DNA from: Bacteroidales bacterium
GTDB lineage: Bacteria; Bacteroidota; Bacteroidia; Bacteroidales; BM520
NCBI GenBank assembly: GCA_031276035.1
Contig: JAISNV010000001.1
Span: 140,062-204,061 of the forward strand
Reading direction: 5' to 3'
DNA length: 64,000 nucleotides
Part shown: one piece after another, positions 1-11,168 of the stretch
Layout: every line of letters begins with the position of its first letter
How positions within the stretch are numbered: position 1 is the stretch's first letter
The notes under the pieces: model-generated
The model's input: the letters and a program-made list of their open reading frames with translations, nothing else
Told to the model about the DNA's origin: nothing
Database searches by the model: none
Position numbers and translations under genes: made by a program

Positions 1-2197
1 GCAAGTTTATTGAAGTACTTTGATTTGTACGTTGGAATTTAGTGAGATTATATGATTTAATAGGACTATTGAAAGAAATCAGATTTTCTGTTTCGTTACG
101 ATCATATTCAATAGTAATAGATTTAGCATCGACATAAGTAACTACACCGCTTCCTTCAGCACTAAACAGTACTCTTGAATCTGTTGCAACGGCTTTTTCT
201 ATACCTGTACCTACAATGGGCGATTCAGGATTCAATAAAGGAACCGCTTGACGCATCATGTTCGATCCCATCAAAGCACGGTTAGCATCATCATGTTCAA
301 GAAAAGGAATTAATGAAGCTGCTATAGAGGCAATTTGATTTGGAGCAACGTCAATCAAGTCTACCTGCTCTTTTGAAACAATAGGATAATCAGCTTGATG
401 ACGGGCTTTAATTCTATTTTCAAGAATATTACCTTTATTATCGATTTTGGTTTGTGCTTGCGCTATGATTTTTTCTTCTTCTTCTTCAACACTCATGTAT
501 TTAATATCTTGTTCAATACAAACTCTACCGTCAACAACAGGAAGGTAGGGTGTTTCAATAAATCCTAATCTATTAATACGAGCATAAACACAAAGAGAAG
601 AAATCAATCCGATATTCGGACCTTCGGGAGTTTCAATAGTACAAAGACGACCATAGTGAGTATAGTGAACGTCACGCACTTCGAAGCCCGCATGCTCGCG
701 GGTAAGACCGCCCGGACCTAAAGCCGAGATTCTTCTTTTGTGAGTAAGTTCAGATAACGGATTTGTTTGATCCATAAATTGAGACAATTGATTAGTCCCA
801 AAGAATGAGTTAATTACAGACGATAAAGTTTTCGCATTTATAAGTTCCGAAGGAGTGAACACTTCATTATCGCGAACATTCATACGTTCTTTAATAGTGC
901 GTGTCATTCTTAACAAACCTACAGCAAATTGGTTGAATAATTGTTCTCCAACAGTTCTGATACGACGATTACTCAAGTGATCAATATCATCAACATCAGC
1001 TTTAGAGTTAATAAGTTCAATTAAATATTTGATAATTGATATAATATCTTTTTTGGTAAGAATTCTAATATCCATTGGGATATCTAATTCTAATTTTTTA
1101 TTGATTTTATATCTACCTACTTCACCGAGGTCGTATCTTTTATCTGAAAAGAAAAGTTTTTCAATTACGCTACGGGCTGTTTCTTCGTCAGGAGGCTCAG
1201 CATTACGTAATTGTCTATATATAAACTCAATAGCTTCTTTTTCGGAATTAGCCGTATCTTTTTGCAAAGTATTAAAGATTATTGAGTAATCAATAGCATC
1301 AGGTTGGTCTTTATGCAGAAGTATTGTTTTTACTCCGGCATCAAGAATTAAGTCGATATGTTCATTTTGTAAAACCGTCTCACGCTCGATGATAACATCG
1401 GTACGTTCGATAGAAACGACTTCTCCGGAATCTTCGTCAACAAAGTCTTGCACCCAAGGTCTAACAACACGGGCTGCTAATTTTCTACCAAGAACACGTT
1501 TCAATCCGGCTCTTGAAACTTTTACTTCTTCAGCGAGGTCAAAGATTTCAAGAATATCTTTATCGGTTTCGTAACCAATTGCTCTAAGCAAAGTTGTTAC
1601 GGGTAATTTCTTTTTTCTATCAATATACGCATACATTACGTTATTGATATCGGTTGTGAATTCCATCCAAGAACCTTTGAACGGTATAATTCTCGCCGAA
1701 TAAAGTTGTGTGCCATTAACGTGGTTGTGTGTTCCGAAGAATACGCCGGGTGAACGGTAAAGCTGCGAAACAACAATACGCTCTGCTCCATTGATACAAA
1801 ACGTACCGCGTGGAGTCATATACGGAATCATTCCGAGATAAACATCTTGAACAATAGTTTCAAAATCTTCGTGTTCGGGGTCTGTGCAGTAAAGTTTCAA
1901 TTTTGCCTTTAAAGGAACACTATAAGTTAATCCTCTTTCAAAACATTCTTCAATAGAGTATCTTGGGGGATCAACGTAGTAGTCGATAAATTCCAAAACA
2001 AAATTGTTTCTGGCGTCATTAATTGGAAAATTTTCTGCAAAAACCTTATAAAGTCCTTCATTTTGTCGGTTTTCCGGATTGCAATTCAGTTGAAAGAAAT
2101 CCTGAAATGATTTTAGCTGAATATCAAGGAAGTCGGGATATTCAGCTTTAATTTTGGTTTTACCAAAATTAATTCTAGTTGATTTTTTGGTATCCAA
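1..2197 (-). CDS. rpoB: DNA-directed RNA polymerase beta subunit, N-terminal ~730 codons; the gene runs off the left edge and so is absent from the ORF track
   Basis: The minus-strand translation gives '[28 protein letters not shown]' near 2170. It also gives the invariant '[48 protein letters not shown]' at about 600-750. An in-frame stop lies at 2216-2218, and no ATG precedes the conserved N-terminus, so TTG (2195-2197) is the probable start. Confidence 0.93.
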   Translation of the reverse strand, partial: MDTKKSTRINFGKTKIKAEYPDFLDIQLKSFQDFFQLNCNPENRQNEGLYKVFAENFPINDARNNFVLEFIDYYVDPPRYSIEECFERGLTYSVPLKAKLKLYCTDPEHEDFETIVQDVYLGMIPYMTPRGTFCINGAERIVVSQLYRSPGVFFGTHNHVNGTQLYSARIIPFKGSWMEFTTDINNVMYAYIDRKKKLPVTTLLRAIGYETDKDILEIFDLAEEVKVSRAGLKRVLGRKLAARVVRPWVQDFVDEDSGEVVSIERTDVIIERETVLQNEHIDLILDAGVKTILLHKDQPDAIDYSIIFNTLQKDTANSEKEAIEFIYRQLRNAEPPDEETARSVIEKLFFSDKRYDLGEVGRYKINKKLELDIPMDIRILTKKDIISIIKYLIELINSKADVDDIDHLSNRRIRTVGEQLFNQFAVGLLRMTRTIKERMNVRDNEVFTPSELINAKTLSSVINSFFGTNQLSQFMDQTNPLSELTHKRRISALGPGGLTREHAGFEVRDVHYTHYGRLCTIETPEGPNIGLISSLCVYARINRLGFIETPYLPVVDGRVCIEQDIKYMSVEEEEEKIIAQAQTKIDNKGNILENRIKARHQADYPIVSKEQVDLIDVAPNQIASIAASLIPFLEHDDANRALMGSNMMRQAVPLLNPESPIVGTGIEKAVATDSRVLFSAEGSGVVTYVDAKSITIEYDRNETENLISFNSPIKSYNLTKFQRTNQSTSINL

Positions 2198-2256
2198 TTT
2201 TTTAATAGAATTAAGTTATAATAAATAATATAAATGAAGTAAAGAACAGATAAAAC

Positions 2257-2306
2257 AAGAAATAGACGCATAGCAATCCCATACGGTTTTGCAACGTCTA
2301 TTTCTT
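2257..2306 (-). terminator. rplL-rpoB intergenic hairpin, a candidate attenuator or partial terminator
   Basis: A perfect 12-bp inverted repeat, aagaaatagacg (2257-2268) and cgtctatttctt (2295-2306). On the minus strand it is followed by a T-rich run (gttttatctgttcttt). It occupies the position of the classical rplL-rpoB attenuator. Confidence 0.55.
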
Positions 2307-2323
2307 ATGTAGATGTATAAAGT

Positions 2324-2698
2324 TTATTTAACTTCAATTTCAGCGCCGGCTTCAGTTAAAGATGCTCTCAAGTTTTCTGCTTCATCTTTAGGAATGCCTT
2401 CTTTTATTGCTGTAGGAGCGGAATCAACAAGAGCTTTAGCTTCTTTAAGTCCTAAACCTGTGAGTTCTTTTACTAATTTAACTACATCAAGTTTTTTATC
2501 TCCAGCGCTTTTAAGAATAACATCAAATTCTGTTTTTTCAACTACTGCTGCTGCGCCTTCACCGGCTGCTGGTGCTGCTACTGCTACTGCTGCTGCAGGT
2601 TCAATACCGTACTCATTTTTAAGAATCTCTGCAAGTTCATTAACCTCTTTTACGGTTAAATTTACTAACTGTTCTGCAAATGCTTTTAAGTCTGCCAT
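2324..2698 (-). CDS. rplL: 50S ribosomal protein L7/L12
   Basis: A 124-aa ORF with an Ala/Pro-rich hinge '[17 protein letters not shown]' and the C-terminal domain 'LKEAKALVD...EAGAEIEVK'. It sits between rplJ and rpoB. Confidence 0.97.
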   Translation of the reverse strand: MADLKAFAEQLVNLTVKEVNELAEILKNEYGIEPAAAVAVAAPAAGEGAAAVVEKTEFDVILKSAGDKKLDVVKLVKELTGLGLKEAKALVDSAPTAIKEGIPKDEAENLRASLTEAGAEIEVK

Positions 2699-2748
2699 TT
2701 TATTTATTTTTTAGTTTGATTTTTTGATAATTTAATTAAGATATTTTT

Positions 2749-3270
2749 TTATTCCGGTTTATTGGAAAGAGTTTCAAGGATACCGCTAATCTTATGTCCG
2801 CCGGATTGTAATGCTGAAATAACATTTCGAGCCGGAGATTGAAGTAAGAATATAATATCCCCAATAAGTTCGTTTTTAGATTTAATATCACTTAATACTT
2901 TAAGATTTTCATCTCCAATATAAATACTCTCCTGAACATAAGCACCCTTAAGAATAGGTTTATTTAAGTTTCTTCTTACTTCGCGGATAAGTTTTGCTGG
3001 AAGATTACTTGTACTAGCAAACATAAGAGCAGTATGACCTTTGAGTACTGTTGTCAATTCTCCGAAGTCAACTGTTGATTGTTCCATCGCTTTTCTCAAC
3101 AAGGCATTTTTTACAACCATAAGTTGTACTTCTTGTTGAAAACAAATACGACGTAAGTTACTAGTATCAGATGCATTAAGTTCACCGATATCTGCTAAAT
3201 AGATAACACTGTTAGTATTGAGCATTTCGGTGAGTTCAGCGATAAAAGCACTTTTATTTTCTTTTTTCAT
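2749..3270 (-). CDS. rplJ: 50S ribosomal protein L10
   Basis: A 173-aa ORF in the canonical rplA-rplJ-rplL position with L10-like sequence. Confidence 0.93.
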   Translation of the reverse strand: MKKENKSAFIAELTEMLNTNSVIYLADIGELNASDTSNLRRICFQQEVQLMVVKNALLRKAMEQSTVDFGELTTVLKGHTALMFASTSNLPAKLIREVRRNLNKPILKGAYVQESIYIGDENLKVLSDIKSKNELIGDIIFLLQSPARNVISALQSGGHKISGILETLSNKPE

Positions 3271-3290
3271 TTCTCACTAAATTTTTAATA

Positions 3291-3986
3291 CTACATTGTT
3301 ATACTTTTAATATCTATTTTTACACCGGGACTCATAGTGCTGGAAACATAAACGCTTTTCATATATGTTCCTTTAGCAGCTGTAGGTTTTAATTTTATTA
3401 TCGTGGTTAAAACCTCACGAGCATTGTCAATAAGTTTTTCTCTATCGAAAGATACCTTACCTATTGCCGTATGAATAATACCGTATTTGTCAACTTTAAA
3501 GTCGATTTTACCGGCTTTAACTTCATCTACAGCCTTGCCGACATCCATTGTTACCGTTCCTGTTTTAGGATTCGGCATCAATCCGCGAGGACCTAATATA
3601 CGGCCTAAAGGGCCAATTTTAGGCATCACGCTCGGCATGGTAATTACTACATCAACATCAGTCCAACCTTCTTTAATTTTTTGGATGTATTCATCAAGTC
3701 CAACATAGTCAGCACCTGCTGCTCTTGCTTCATCCTCTTTTTCGGGAGTACATAAAACCAATACTCTTTTAACTTTTCCTGTTCCGTGAGGTAATGTAAC
3801 AGTACCTCTAACCATTTGGTTAGCTTTACGAGGGTCAACACCCAATCTTACATCAACATCAACGGAAGCATCAAACTTAGTATAAGTAATATTTTTTACT
3901 ACGTCAAAAGCTTCACTTAAAGAATATGCCTTTTGTTGATCAAATTTCGAAAGAGCTTCTTGCTGTTTCTTTGATAATTTAGCCAT
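3291..3986 (-). CDS. rplA: 50S ribosomal protein L1
   Basis: 231 aa with '[12 protein letters not shown]' and '[12 protein letters not shown]', both typical of L1. Confidence 0.96.
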   Translation of the reverse strand: MAKLSKKQQEALSKFDQQKAYSLSEAFDVVKNITYTKFDASVDVDVRLGVDPRKANQMVRGTVTLPHGTGKVKRVLVLCTPEKEDEARAAGADYVGLDEYIQKIKEGWTDVDVVITMPSVMPKIGPLGRILGPRGLMPNPKTGTVTMDVGKAVDEVKAGKIDFKVDKYGIIHTAIGKVSFDREKLIDNAREVLTTIIKLKPTAAKGTYMKSVYVSSTMSPGVKIDIKSITM

Positions 3987-4014
3987 TCTTGTTGTTTTTT
4001 AAAATTCGACTTTA

Positions 4015-4458
4015 TTATTTGGCAAACGGGTTTTCCCCTTTTATTGTTACGCCCATACTACGAGCAGTACCAGCTACCATTCTCATGCTAGATTCAACTG
4101 TAAAAGAGTTCATATCTTGCATTTTGTCAGTTGCTATTTCTTTTACTTGATCCCAAGTTATACTACCAACTTTTTTTCTGTTGGGTTCAGCGGAACCTTT
4201 CTTAATCTTTGCAACTTCCAATACTTGAACGGCTACGGGAGAAGTCTTAACTATAAAAGAAAAGGATTTGTCTTTAAAAACGGTAATAACTACAGGTAAT
4301 ACCTTACCGGCTTTATCTTGTGTTCTACCGTTGAATTGCTTGCAAAACTCCATAATGTTAACACCTCGAGCACCTAAAGCAGGTCCAATTGGTGGTGAAG
4401 GATTTGCAGCACCTCCTTTGATCTGTAATTTAATATAGCCACTAATTTCTTTTGCCAT
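4015..4458 (-). CDS. rplK: 50S ribosomal protein L11
   Basis: 147 aa with the L11 N-terminal signature '[35 protein letters not shown]'. Confidence 0.97.
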   Translation of the reverse strand: MAKEISGYIKLQIKGGAANPSPPIGPALGARGVNIMEFCKQFNGRTQDKAGKVLPVVITVFKDKSFSFIVKTSPVAVQVLEVAKIKKGSAEPNRKKVGSITWDQVKEIATDKMQDMNSFTVESSMRMVAGTARSMGVTIKGENPFAK

Positions 4459-4525
4459 TTTAAATAATTTTTATTTGATTTAATTTATATTGTCGGAATT
4501 TAATTTAACAATATCCAAAACTCAC

Positions 4526-5077
4526 TTATTCTTTAGATACTTGCATAAATCCTAATTCCAACGGTGTTTTTCTGCCAAAGATTTTTACCATAACTTTCAA
4601 CTTCTTCTTTTCTTCGTTGATTTCTTCGATTACTCCGCTGAAGCTGTTGAATGGCCCATCCGTAACAGTTACCGTCTCGCCTACAATAAAAGGAATATTG
4701 ATATCTTCTCCTTGCTCAGAGAGCTCGTCGACTTTACCTAATAGTCTATTTACTTCGGCAGGACGTAATGGTTGTGGTAGATCTTTTGTCCCCAGAAAAC
4801 CCATAACATCGGGAATATTCTGAATATAACCGATGATTCTAGAATCGAGATAAGCTTCAATTAAAACATATCCGGGAAAATAATTTCTCTCCTTAATAAT
4901 TTTTTTTCCGTTTCTTACCTGATATACTTTTTCCGTAGGAATAAGCACCTGAGTAATATGATCACGTAAATCTTCGCGGCGAGCAAGATCATTATCCAAA
5001 TATTGTTTTACTCTTTTCTCTTTTCCGCTGATAGCCCTAACAACATACCAATTTTTTACAGGGTCGTTCATTGTCAA
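4526..5077 (-). CDS. nusG: Transcription termination/antitermination factor NusG
   Basis: 183 aa with the NGN domain '[18 protein letters not shown]' and the KOW motif '[22 protein letters not shown]'. The secE-nusG-rplK synteny supports the call. Confidence 0.95.
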   Translation of the reverse strand: MTMNDPVKNWYVVRAISGKEKRVKQYLDNDLARREDLRDHITQVLIPTEKVYQVRNGKKIIKERNYFPGYVLIEAYLDSRIIGYIQNIPDVMGFLGTKDLPQPLRPAEVNRLLGKVDELSEQGEDINIPFIVGETVTVTDGPFNSFSGVIEEINEEKKKLKVMVKIFGRKTPLELGFMQVSKE

Positions 5078-5082
5078 AAAGA

Positions 5083-5283
5083 TTAAACTAAGTTATAAAA
5101 CAGTTCTAATAATTTTTCAAAAGAAATATCCATCAAGAATACTGCAAGAGCAATAATCAGGGAAGCAATGGAAACAACTATTGCACTGTTTTGCAATTCT
5201 TGCCAAGTTGGCCATGATGTTTTATTTTTTAATTCATCATAACACTCGACAATATAACTAACCACTTTATTTTTCTTTGCCAT
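5083..5283 (-). CDS. secE: Preprotein translocase subunit SecE
   Basis: A 66-aa ORF with a single C-terminal TM helix ('[20 protein letters not shown]'). It lies in the conserved slot between tRNA-Trp and nusG. Confidence 0.85.
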   Translation of the reverse strand: MAKKNKVVSYIVECYDELKNKTSWPTWQELQNSAIVVSIASLIIALAVFLMDISFEKLLELFYNLV

Positions 5284-5299
5284 TTTTCATTTGTTTTTG

Positions 5300-5372
5300 C
5301 ACGGGTGGTAAGACTCGAACTCACAACCAATGGTTTTGGAGACCACTACTCTACCAATTGAGCTACACCCGT
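5300..5372 (-). tRNA. tRNA-Trp (anticodon CCA)
   Basis: Hand-folded 73-nt cloverleaf. The acceptor ACGGGTG pairs with CACCCGT, the anticodon loop is CTCCAAA and the T-loop is TTCGAGT. No CCA is encoded. Confidence 0.9.
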
Positions 5373-5453
5373 TTACCAAAAATATTGCAGAAGAAAGATA
5401 TTCCGGATTATCCCGGAACATCTTTGACCACAATACTTAATTTATATAGATTA

Positions 5454-6641
5454 TTAATCTAAAATTTCAATTACCTGACCAGCACCAACTGTTCTACCAC
5501 CTTCACGGATAGCAAAACGTAAGTTCATGTTCAAAGCTATTTCACTGATTAACTCTACTTCTATTGTGAGGTTGTCACCTGGCATAACCATTTCAACTCC
5601 TTCAGGAAGTGTGATTTCTCCGGTTACGTCAGTAGTTCTGAAGTAGAATTGAGGACGATATTTATTATGGAATGGAGTATGACGTCCACCTTCTTCTTTC
5701 TTAAGAATATAAACTTGTCCTTTGAATTTTTTATGAGGTTTGATTGATCCCGGAGCTCCGATAACCATACCGCGACGGATTTCATCTTTATCTACACCTC
5801 TCAATAGTAAACCTGCATTATCACCTGCTTCACCACGGTCTAATATCTTACGGAACATTTCAACACCTGTAACAACAGATTTTAATTTTTCTGCTCCAAG
5901 ACCAATGATATCAACTGGCTCACCGGTTTTGATAACACCTGATTCAATTCTTCCAGTTGCAACTGTACCACGACCTGTAATTGAAAATACGTCTTCAACA
6001 GGCATTAAAAATGGTTTGTCAATTTCTCTCGGAGGTAATGGAATCCAAGTATCGCAAGCATCTAATAATTCATGAATTTTTTCAACCCATTTAGGTTCTT
6101 TGTTCAAGCCACCTAATGCAGAACCTTGAATAACAGGAGTATTATCACCATCGAAACTATAGAAACTTAATAAGTCTCTGATTTCCATTTCAACTAATTC
6201 TAATAACTCTTCATCGTCAACTAAGTCAACTTTATTCATGAAAACAACTATTTTTGGCACACCAACTTGGCGAGCCAAAAGGATATGTTCGCGAGTTTGT
6301 GGCATAGGACCGTCTGTAGCCGCCACAACTAAGATAGCTCCATCCATTTGAGCCGCACCAGTTACCATGTTTTTAACGTAATCGGCGTGACCAGGACAGT
6401 CAACGTGTGCATAGTGTCTATTTTGTGTTTGATATTCAACATGAGCAGTATTAATAGTAATACCTCTCTCCTTTTCTTCAGGAGCCGCATCAATTGTATC
6501 AAATGATTTAAATTCAGCTAAACCACTATCTTGTAGTGTTAAAGTGATTGCTGCTGTTAATGTCGTTTTACCGTGGTCAACGTGACCAATCGTACCAATA
6601 TTAACGTGTGGTTTAGTACGAACAAATGATTCTTTTGCCAT
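5454..6641 (-). CDS. tuf: Elongation factor Tu
   Basis: 395 aa with '[10 protein letters not shown]', 'DCPGHADY' and 'NKVDLV'. It follows a four-tRNA cluster, as in tufB-type operons. Confidence 0.99.
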   Translation of the reverse strand: MAKESFVRTKPHVNIGTIGHVDHGKTTLTAAITLTLQDSGLAEFKSFDTIDAAPEEKERGITINTAHVEYQTQNRHYAHVDCPGHADYVKNMVTGAAQMDGAILVVAATDGPMPQTREHILLARQVGVPKIVVFMNKVDLVDDEELLELVEMEIRDLLSFYSFDGDNTPVIQGSALGGLNKEPKWVEKIHELLDACDTWIPLPPREIDKPFLMPVEDVFSITGRGTVATGRIESGVIKTGEPVDIIGLGAEKLKSVVTGVEMFRKILDRGEAGDNAGLLLRGVDKDEIRRGMVIGAPGSIKPHKKFKGQVYILKKEEGGRHTPFHNKYRPQFYFRTTDVTGEITLPEGVEMVMPGDNLTIEVELISEIALNMNLRFAIREGGRTVGAGQVIEILD

Positions 6642-6699
6642 TTTATTAATATTTAAGTTTTGTGGATTATTATTTTAATTTAATTTATTTTTTTTAACG

Positions 6700-6771
<72 letters not shown>

Positions 6772-6776
6772 TTTTG

Positions 6777-6849
6777 AGCGGGAGACGGGGATCGAACCCG
6801 CTACCTACAGCTTGGAAGGCTGTCGCTCTACCAGATGAGCTACTCCCGC
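6777..6849 (-). tRNA. tRNA-Gly (anticodon TCC)
   Basis: 73-nt cloverleaf. The acceptor GCGGGAG pairs with CTCCCGC, the anticodon loop is CTTCCAA and the T-loop is TTCGATC. Confidence 0.9.
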
Positions 6850-6884
6850 TATCAAAAAAAAAGAATGAACCCGTCATTCTTTTG

Positions 6885-6966
6885 TGGGAGGAGGTGGATT
6901 CGAACCACCGTAGGCTTCGCCAACAGATTTACAGTCTGCCCCATTTGACCGCTCTGGTATCCTCCC
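6885..6966 (-). tRNA. tRNA-Tyr (anticodon GTA), with a long variable arm
   Basis: 82 nt. The acceptor GGGAGGA pairs with TCCTCCC, the anticodon loop is CTGTAAA, and an extended variable arm precedes the T-loop TTCGAAT. Confidence 0.88.
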
Positions 6967-6978
6967 GTGTTTACTCAT

Positions 6979-7054
6979 TGGAGCCGATGGACGGACTCGA
7001 ACCGCCGACCGGCTGATTACAAATCAGCTGCTCTACCAACTGAGCTACATCGGC
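6979..7054 (-). tRNA. tRNA-Thr (anticodon TGT), with the 3' CCA encoded
   Basis: The acceptor GCCGATG pairs with CATCGGC, the anticodon loop is TTTGTAA and the T-loop is TTCGAGT. Discriminator T is followed by genomic CCA (6979-6981). Confidence 0.9.
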
Positions 7055-7108
7055 AACATGTCAAACACAGTATTTTCTACAGTGCCTTTTTTCACTCAAA
7101 AAGGACTG

Positions 7109-7116
7109 CAAAGATA
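7109..7116 (-). promoter_or_regulatory. Bacteroidota -7 box TATCTTTG for the tRNA-tuf operon
   Basis: Plus-strand CAAAGATA is TAnnTTTG on the minus strand. It lies about 55 nt upstream of the first tRNA. Confidence 0.55.
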
Positions 7117-7162
7117 TAGCATTTTTTTTAATTGTGCAATTTTTTTAGAAAAAATTTTATTT

Positions 7163-7465
7163 TTATTTTCCCGTTACTTTTTCTTTACGTTTAACTAATT
7201 GTCTCCTAATAGCTTCTATACAACCGTCTATCGCTTCTTCAAATGTATCACATTGCTTTTTAGCAAAAATATCCTCACCCGGAACTAAAAACTTGACTTC
7301 CGAGACCTTATTTTCTATCTTTTCTTTGGCATCTAATTTTAAAATTACTTCAGCTCCTAGTACTCGATCATACAAATTCGCCAACTTAGAAACTTTTTTC
7401 TCAATAAATTCTTCTAATTTTACGTCTGCTTTAAATCCAACAGCATTAATGTTAATCGTAATCAT
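7163..7465 (-). CDS. hpf: Ribosome hibernation-promoting factor / RaiA family (sigma-54 modulation protein family)
   Basis: 100 aa. 'MITININAVGFKADVKLEEFIEKKVSKL...' is a typical short HPF/YfiA. Its place between the xerC-like gene and the tRNA-tuf cluster is conserved in Bacteroidota. Confidence 0.85.
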   Translation of the reverse strand: MITININAVGFKADVKLEEFIEKKVSKLANLYDRVLGAEVILKLDAKEKIENKVSEVKFLVPGEDIFAKKQCDTFEEAIDGCIEAIRRQLVKRKEKVTGK

Positions 7466-7515
7466 AATTTTAATTTTTTGGTTATACCTTTTATATATTA
7501 TTAGAATTATAGATA

Positions 7516-8427
7516 TTAAGCCCTCGGGTGAGTATGCTTATATACCTCTTTCATCTGTTCAATATTATTATGAGTATAAATCTGTGTTGCCGCCAAAGAC
7601 GAATGTCCTAACAACTCTTTCACAGTATTTATATCGGCACCTTTGTTTATTAATAACGTTGCAAAAGTGTGTCGTAATATATGCGGGCTTCGTTTTATTT
7701 TAAAAGTAACCCGATTTAACTCTTTCTTAACAATTCTATAAATTAATTTGGAATATGGCTTATAACCCTTATTCGATAAAATAAAATAATCATTATTATT
7801 CATCATCCCGAAACGTTCTACTCTATATTGAAAATACTCTTCAATCTCAACCTTAATCATATCGGTTAAAGGTAAAATCCTTTCTTTACTTCTCTTTCCC
7901 ATTACTTTAATCAATTTCGAACTTAAGTCAATATCCCCGACTTTCAAAGAAACTAATTCCGAACATCTGACTCCGGTTCCCACTAATATCATTATGACCA
8001 TCCTGTCGCGTAAAGATTCAAAGTTTTTTTCATCACAATCAACGCTTCTGATCAAATCTTCCAGCTCTTTAAATGATATAAACTCAGGCAGATTCTTGTC
8101 TCTTTTTAAACTTAGAATGTCAACGGCAGGATTATTGGAAATTAATTTCTTTTTATAAGCAAATCGATAAAAAGATTTTACACATGATATTTTTCTGTTT
8201 ATACTGGTCTTAATCATACCTGATTCTACCAGGCTAACAACCCATGATCTGAGCATATTATATGAAACTTTATCAATATGATCTATCTCATAATATTCAT
8301 TAATATATATTCGAAAATCATTTATGTCTCTTTGATAAGCGATAATTGTATGCTCAGAGTACCTTTTTTCATATTTTAAGTATGAAACGAAATTTTCTAT
8401 AGTATTGATAAACGATAATTTATCCAT
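7516..8427 (-). CDS. Tyrosine recombinase, XerC/XerD-like
   Basis: 303 aa with an N-terminal SAM-like domain. The catalytic motifs are 'GVRCSEL' (Arg), 'HILRHTFAT' (H-x-x-R) and 'LGHSSLAATQIYTH' (His and Tyr). Confidence 0.88.
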   Translation of the reverse strand: MDKLSFINTIENFVSYLKYEKRYSEHTIIAYQRDINDFRIYINEYYEIDHIDKVSYNMLRSWVVSLVESGMIKTSINRKISCVKSFYRFAYKKKLISNNPAVDILSLKRDKNLPEFISFKELEDLIRSVDCDEKNFESLRDRMVIMILVGTGVRCSELVSLKVGDIDLSSKLIKVMGKRSKERILPLTDMIKVEIEEYFQYRVERFGMMNNNDYFILSNKGYKPYSKLIYRIVKKELNRVTFKIKRSPHILRHTFATLLINKGADINTVKELLGHSSLAATQIYTHNNIEQMKEVYKHTHPRA

Positions 8428-8538
8428 ATAAAAATTATTCCGGTAAATTTTCGATAAAGATAATCAAAAATCTACCGGAATCCAAATTTTTTACGCTTAG
8501 TCTTTAATAAAAATTATAAATAATATAATTTTTATTAA

Positions 8539-8736
8539 TTAAGCATTTTCTTGCATAGTTCTCAGATGCTGAACATAAGTTGCTTTGATTTTTTGCTCAC
8601 GTTTTACAACGGATGGTTTTGTGAATTTTTGACGACTTCTCAATTCTTTCACAACTCCCATTTTTTCAAACTTTCTTTTCAGCTTCTTTAAGGCTTTGTC
8701 AATGCTTTCGCCTTCTTTTACTGGAACTATAATCAT
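8539..8736 (-). CDS. rpsU: 30S ribosomal protein S21
   Basis: A 65-aa basic ORF. 'VKEGESIDKALKKLKRKFEKMGVVKELRSRQKFTKPS' is typical of S21. Confidence 0.93.
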   Translation of the reverse strand: MIIVPVKEGESIDKALKKLKRKFEKMGVVKELRSRQKFTKPSVVKREQKIKATYVQHLRTMQENA

Positions 8737-8784
8737 AATTAATACCTCTTTCGTTTTAAATTATTAATACTTAAAATTGGGATG

Positions 8785-8792
8785 CAAAGATA
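8785..8792 (-). promoter_or_regulatory. -7 box TATCTTTG upstream of rpsU
   Basis: Plus-strand CAAAGATA, 49 nt upstream of the rpsU ATG. Confidence 0.55.
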
Positions 8793-8942
8793 TAAATATT
8801 TTTTGAATCAGATGGTTTTTAGAAAAATATTTTTGTATTCAACGACTTTGTTTCAAAAGTTCAAAGACATTACATAGAACAAAATTTATTTTTCATAAAC
8901 TTATCGTTGAAATAATATCGCATCTAAAATTTTATTTACTTT

Positions 8943-11132
8943 TTACCTTCCGTTCTTCAACTTCTCATTCAAAAAATTCGTAACCATAGTATACAAATGC
9001 AATGAAGTATTTCCTCCTCTAATGCCGTGATTTCTGTTCGTGTAAAGCATATAATCGAAATGTTTATTCGCCTGGACTAACATTTCCGCAAATTCCACAG
9101 CATTTTGAACATGAACATTATCATCAGCGGTACCATGAATCAAGAGTAAGTTTCCTTGCAAATCTTTAGCATTGGTTATAGGAGAATTGTCATCATATCC
9201 GCTTGGATTTTCCTGTGGAGTACGCATATATCTTTCTGTATAAATATTATCGTAATATCTCCAATTTGTCACCGGTGCAATTGATACTCCTGCTTTGAAT
9301 ATTCCATCACCCTTTTCGAGACACAAAGCAACCATAAAGCCGCCGTAACTCCATCCCCAAATAGAAATATTATCTTCGTCAACATAAGATAAGGTGGTTA
9401 AATATTTTGCAGCTTCAATCTGGTCGTCAGATTCGTATTTGCCAAGTTGCAAATATGTACACTTTTTAAATTCTTCCCCTCTACCTCCTGTACCACGGGG
9501 GTCAACACAAACAATTAAATACCCTTGTTGACTCAAATAATTATACCAATCAAACGACCATTTATCAACTACCGAACGAGAATTGGGACCGCTATATTGA
9601 GTCATAACAACAGGATATTGTTTATATTCATTAAAATCAATAGGCTTTATCATATATCCATTTAACTCATCTCCGTTTGAAGTTGTAAATTTGAAAAACT
9701 CTTTAGTATTATATTCATATTCATTAACTTTAGCTAAATACTCTTTATTATCTTCAAGTACTCTAATCAATTTTCCCGTAGCTTCGTGCAACGTTATATA
9801 ATAAGGTGTAGATGAATTTGAGAAATAATTAATATAGTATTTAAATCCTGTAGAAAAAACCGGAATATTAGTTCCGTCGCCTTTGGTTAATCGTGTACGT
9901 TTCTTACCATCTATTCTTATTGAATACAAGTTATTTTTTATAGGTGAGCCTTCGAATGAAGTATAATAAATAGTTTTATTTGCCGAATCATAGCCCAAAT
10001 ATTCTTCCACATCCCATTCACCTGCAGTAATTTGTTGCAGAACCTTAGTTTTGATATTATATTTATAGATATGCATATAACCGCTACATTCACTGGTTAA
10101 AATAATGTTTTCATCATCAATATAATCAACATTATCATAAACAGATTCATCAATATAATATTCGTTCTCTTCTGTATAAACCACTTCTGATTTTCCGGTG
10201 GTAGCGTCTGTAAATAATATTTCAAATTTATTTTGCAGTCTGTTCACTCTGAAAATACTTAAAATATTTTTCTTTGCCCATTTTATCCTTGGAATATATT
10301 GATCGGCTTCTTCTCCGACATCAGCTTTTACAGTTTTTTTCGCATCAATATTATAAATATACACTTCAACTAAAGAGTTATCTTCACCGGCTTTTGGATA
10401 TTTAAATGTTGAATTATGCGGATAAAGAGCATATTCCTCGTAAGCCGGTTTTGCACCACGAAACATGGTCATATTAAACATTTTGACATCTGTTTCATCA
10501 AATCTCATGTAAGCTATATTTTTACTATCAGGAGACCAATCAAAAGCCTTATTAAACCCAAATTCTTCTTCATAAACCCAGTCGGGTGCTCCGTTAATAA
10601 TATAATTGAATTTTCCATCGCCAGTAATTTGTGTTTCAACAAGAGTCTCACTATCAACAACAAAAAGATTATTTTCTCTAACAAAAGCAATTTTTTTACC
10701 ATCGGGAGAAAAAGCTCCTAATTGCTGTCTTCCATTTTCAGAAAGTGGTTTTATCGTATTATTAGTTAAATCAACTACATAATAATCTGCAGTGTAAGAC
10801 CTTCTATAAATATATTCCACATTAGTTGTAATTAGTATTTTCTTTTCATCACCACTAAACTCATAAGATTGAATAGAAAGGGTATTTTTATCCGAATTAT
10901 TTATGTTGTATAAAGTATCCGTCACTTTTCCTGTAGCGTAAGAATATTTAACTATAAGTTTTTCTTGTTCCAAGGTAGTATAATATTTACCGTCATTCAT
11001 TGAGTTAATCCCATAAACAGATTTTTGTCTGAATGTATAATTCTTAAAGAAATCTTCAAGAGTAAGTTGCTTCTGTCCTATCAATAAAATTGGGAGGCAT
11101 AATAAAACGATTATAAGTGAATTTCTTTTCAT
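8943..11132 (-). CDS. Dipeptidyl-peptidase IV-type S9 serine peptidase, secreted
   Basis: 729 aa with a signal peptide and a long N-terminal propeller-like region. The C-terminal alpha/beta hydrolase carries the nucleophile motif 'GWSYGG', then 'HGTADDNV' and 'NRNHGI'. Confidence 0.88.
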   Translation of the reverse strand: MKRNSLIIVLLCLPILLIGQKQLTLEDFFKNYTFRQKSVYGINSMNDGKYYTTLEQEKLIVKYSYATGKVTDTLYNINNSDKNTLSIQSYEFSGDEKKILITTNVEYIYRRSYTADYYVVDLTNNTIKPLSENGRQQLGAFSPDGKKIAFVRENNLFVVDSETLVETQITGDGKFNYIINGAPDWVYEEEFGFNKAFDWSPDSKNIAYMRFDETDVKMFNMTMFRGAKPAYEEYALYPHNSTFKYPKAGEDNSLVEVYIYNIDAKKTVKADVGEEADQYIPRIKWAKKNILSIFRVNRLQNKFEILFTDATTGKSEVVYTEENEYYIDESVYDNVDYIDDENIILTSECSGYMHIYKYNIKTKVLQQITAGEWDVEEYLGYDSANKTIYYTSFEGSPIKNNLYSIRIDGKKRTRLTKGDGTNIPVFSTGFKYYINYFSNSSTPYYITLHEATGKLIRVLEDNKEYLAKVNEYEYNTKEFFKFTTSNGDELNGYMIKPIDFNEYKQYPVVMTQYSGPNSRSVVDKWSFDWYNYLSQQGYLIVCVDPRGTGGRGEEFKKCTYLQLGKYESDDQIEAAKYLTTLSYVDEDNISIWGWSYGGFMVALCLEKGDGIFKAGVSIAPVTNWRYYDNIYTERYMRTPQENPSGYDDNSPITNAKDLQGNLLLIHGTADDNVHVQNAVEFAEMLVQANKHFDYMLYTNRNHGIRGGNTSLHLYTMVTNFLNEKLKNGR

Positions 11133-11168
11133 ATAATATTTATTTAAAATTTATCTGATCTTTTTTAG

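Noticed and set aside
1029-1574. Plus-strand ORFs 1029-1289 and 1389-1574
   Set aside because: They lie antisense inside the strongly conserved rpoB reading frame, and their translations are low-complexity with no recognisable motif.
5277-5462. 61-aa plus-strand ORF
   Set aside because: It is built on the complement of tRNA-Trp and the secE/tuf spacers, so the RNA gene explains the sequence conservation.
7516-8427. Tyrosine recombinase as a marker of an integrated mobile element
   Set aside because: No flanking repeats, att-like duplication of the adjacent tRNAs, or cargo genes are present. The gene sits in the rpsU-recombinase-hpf-tRNA-tuf arrangement that I recall as conserved in Bacteroidota chromosomes, so a housekeeping Xer-like role is more likely.
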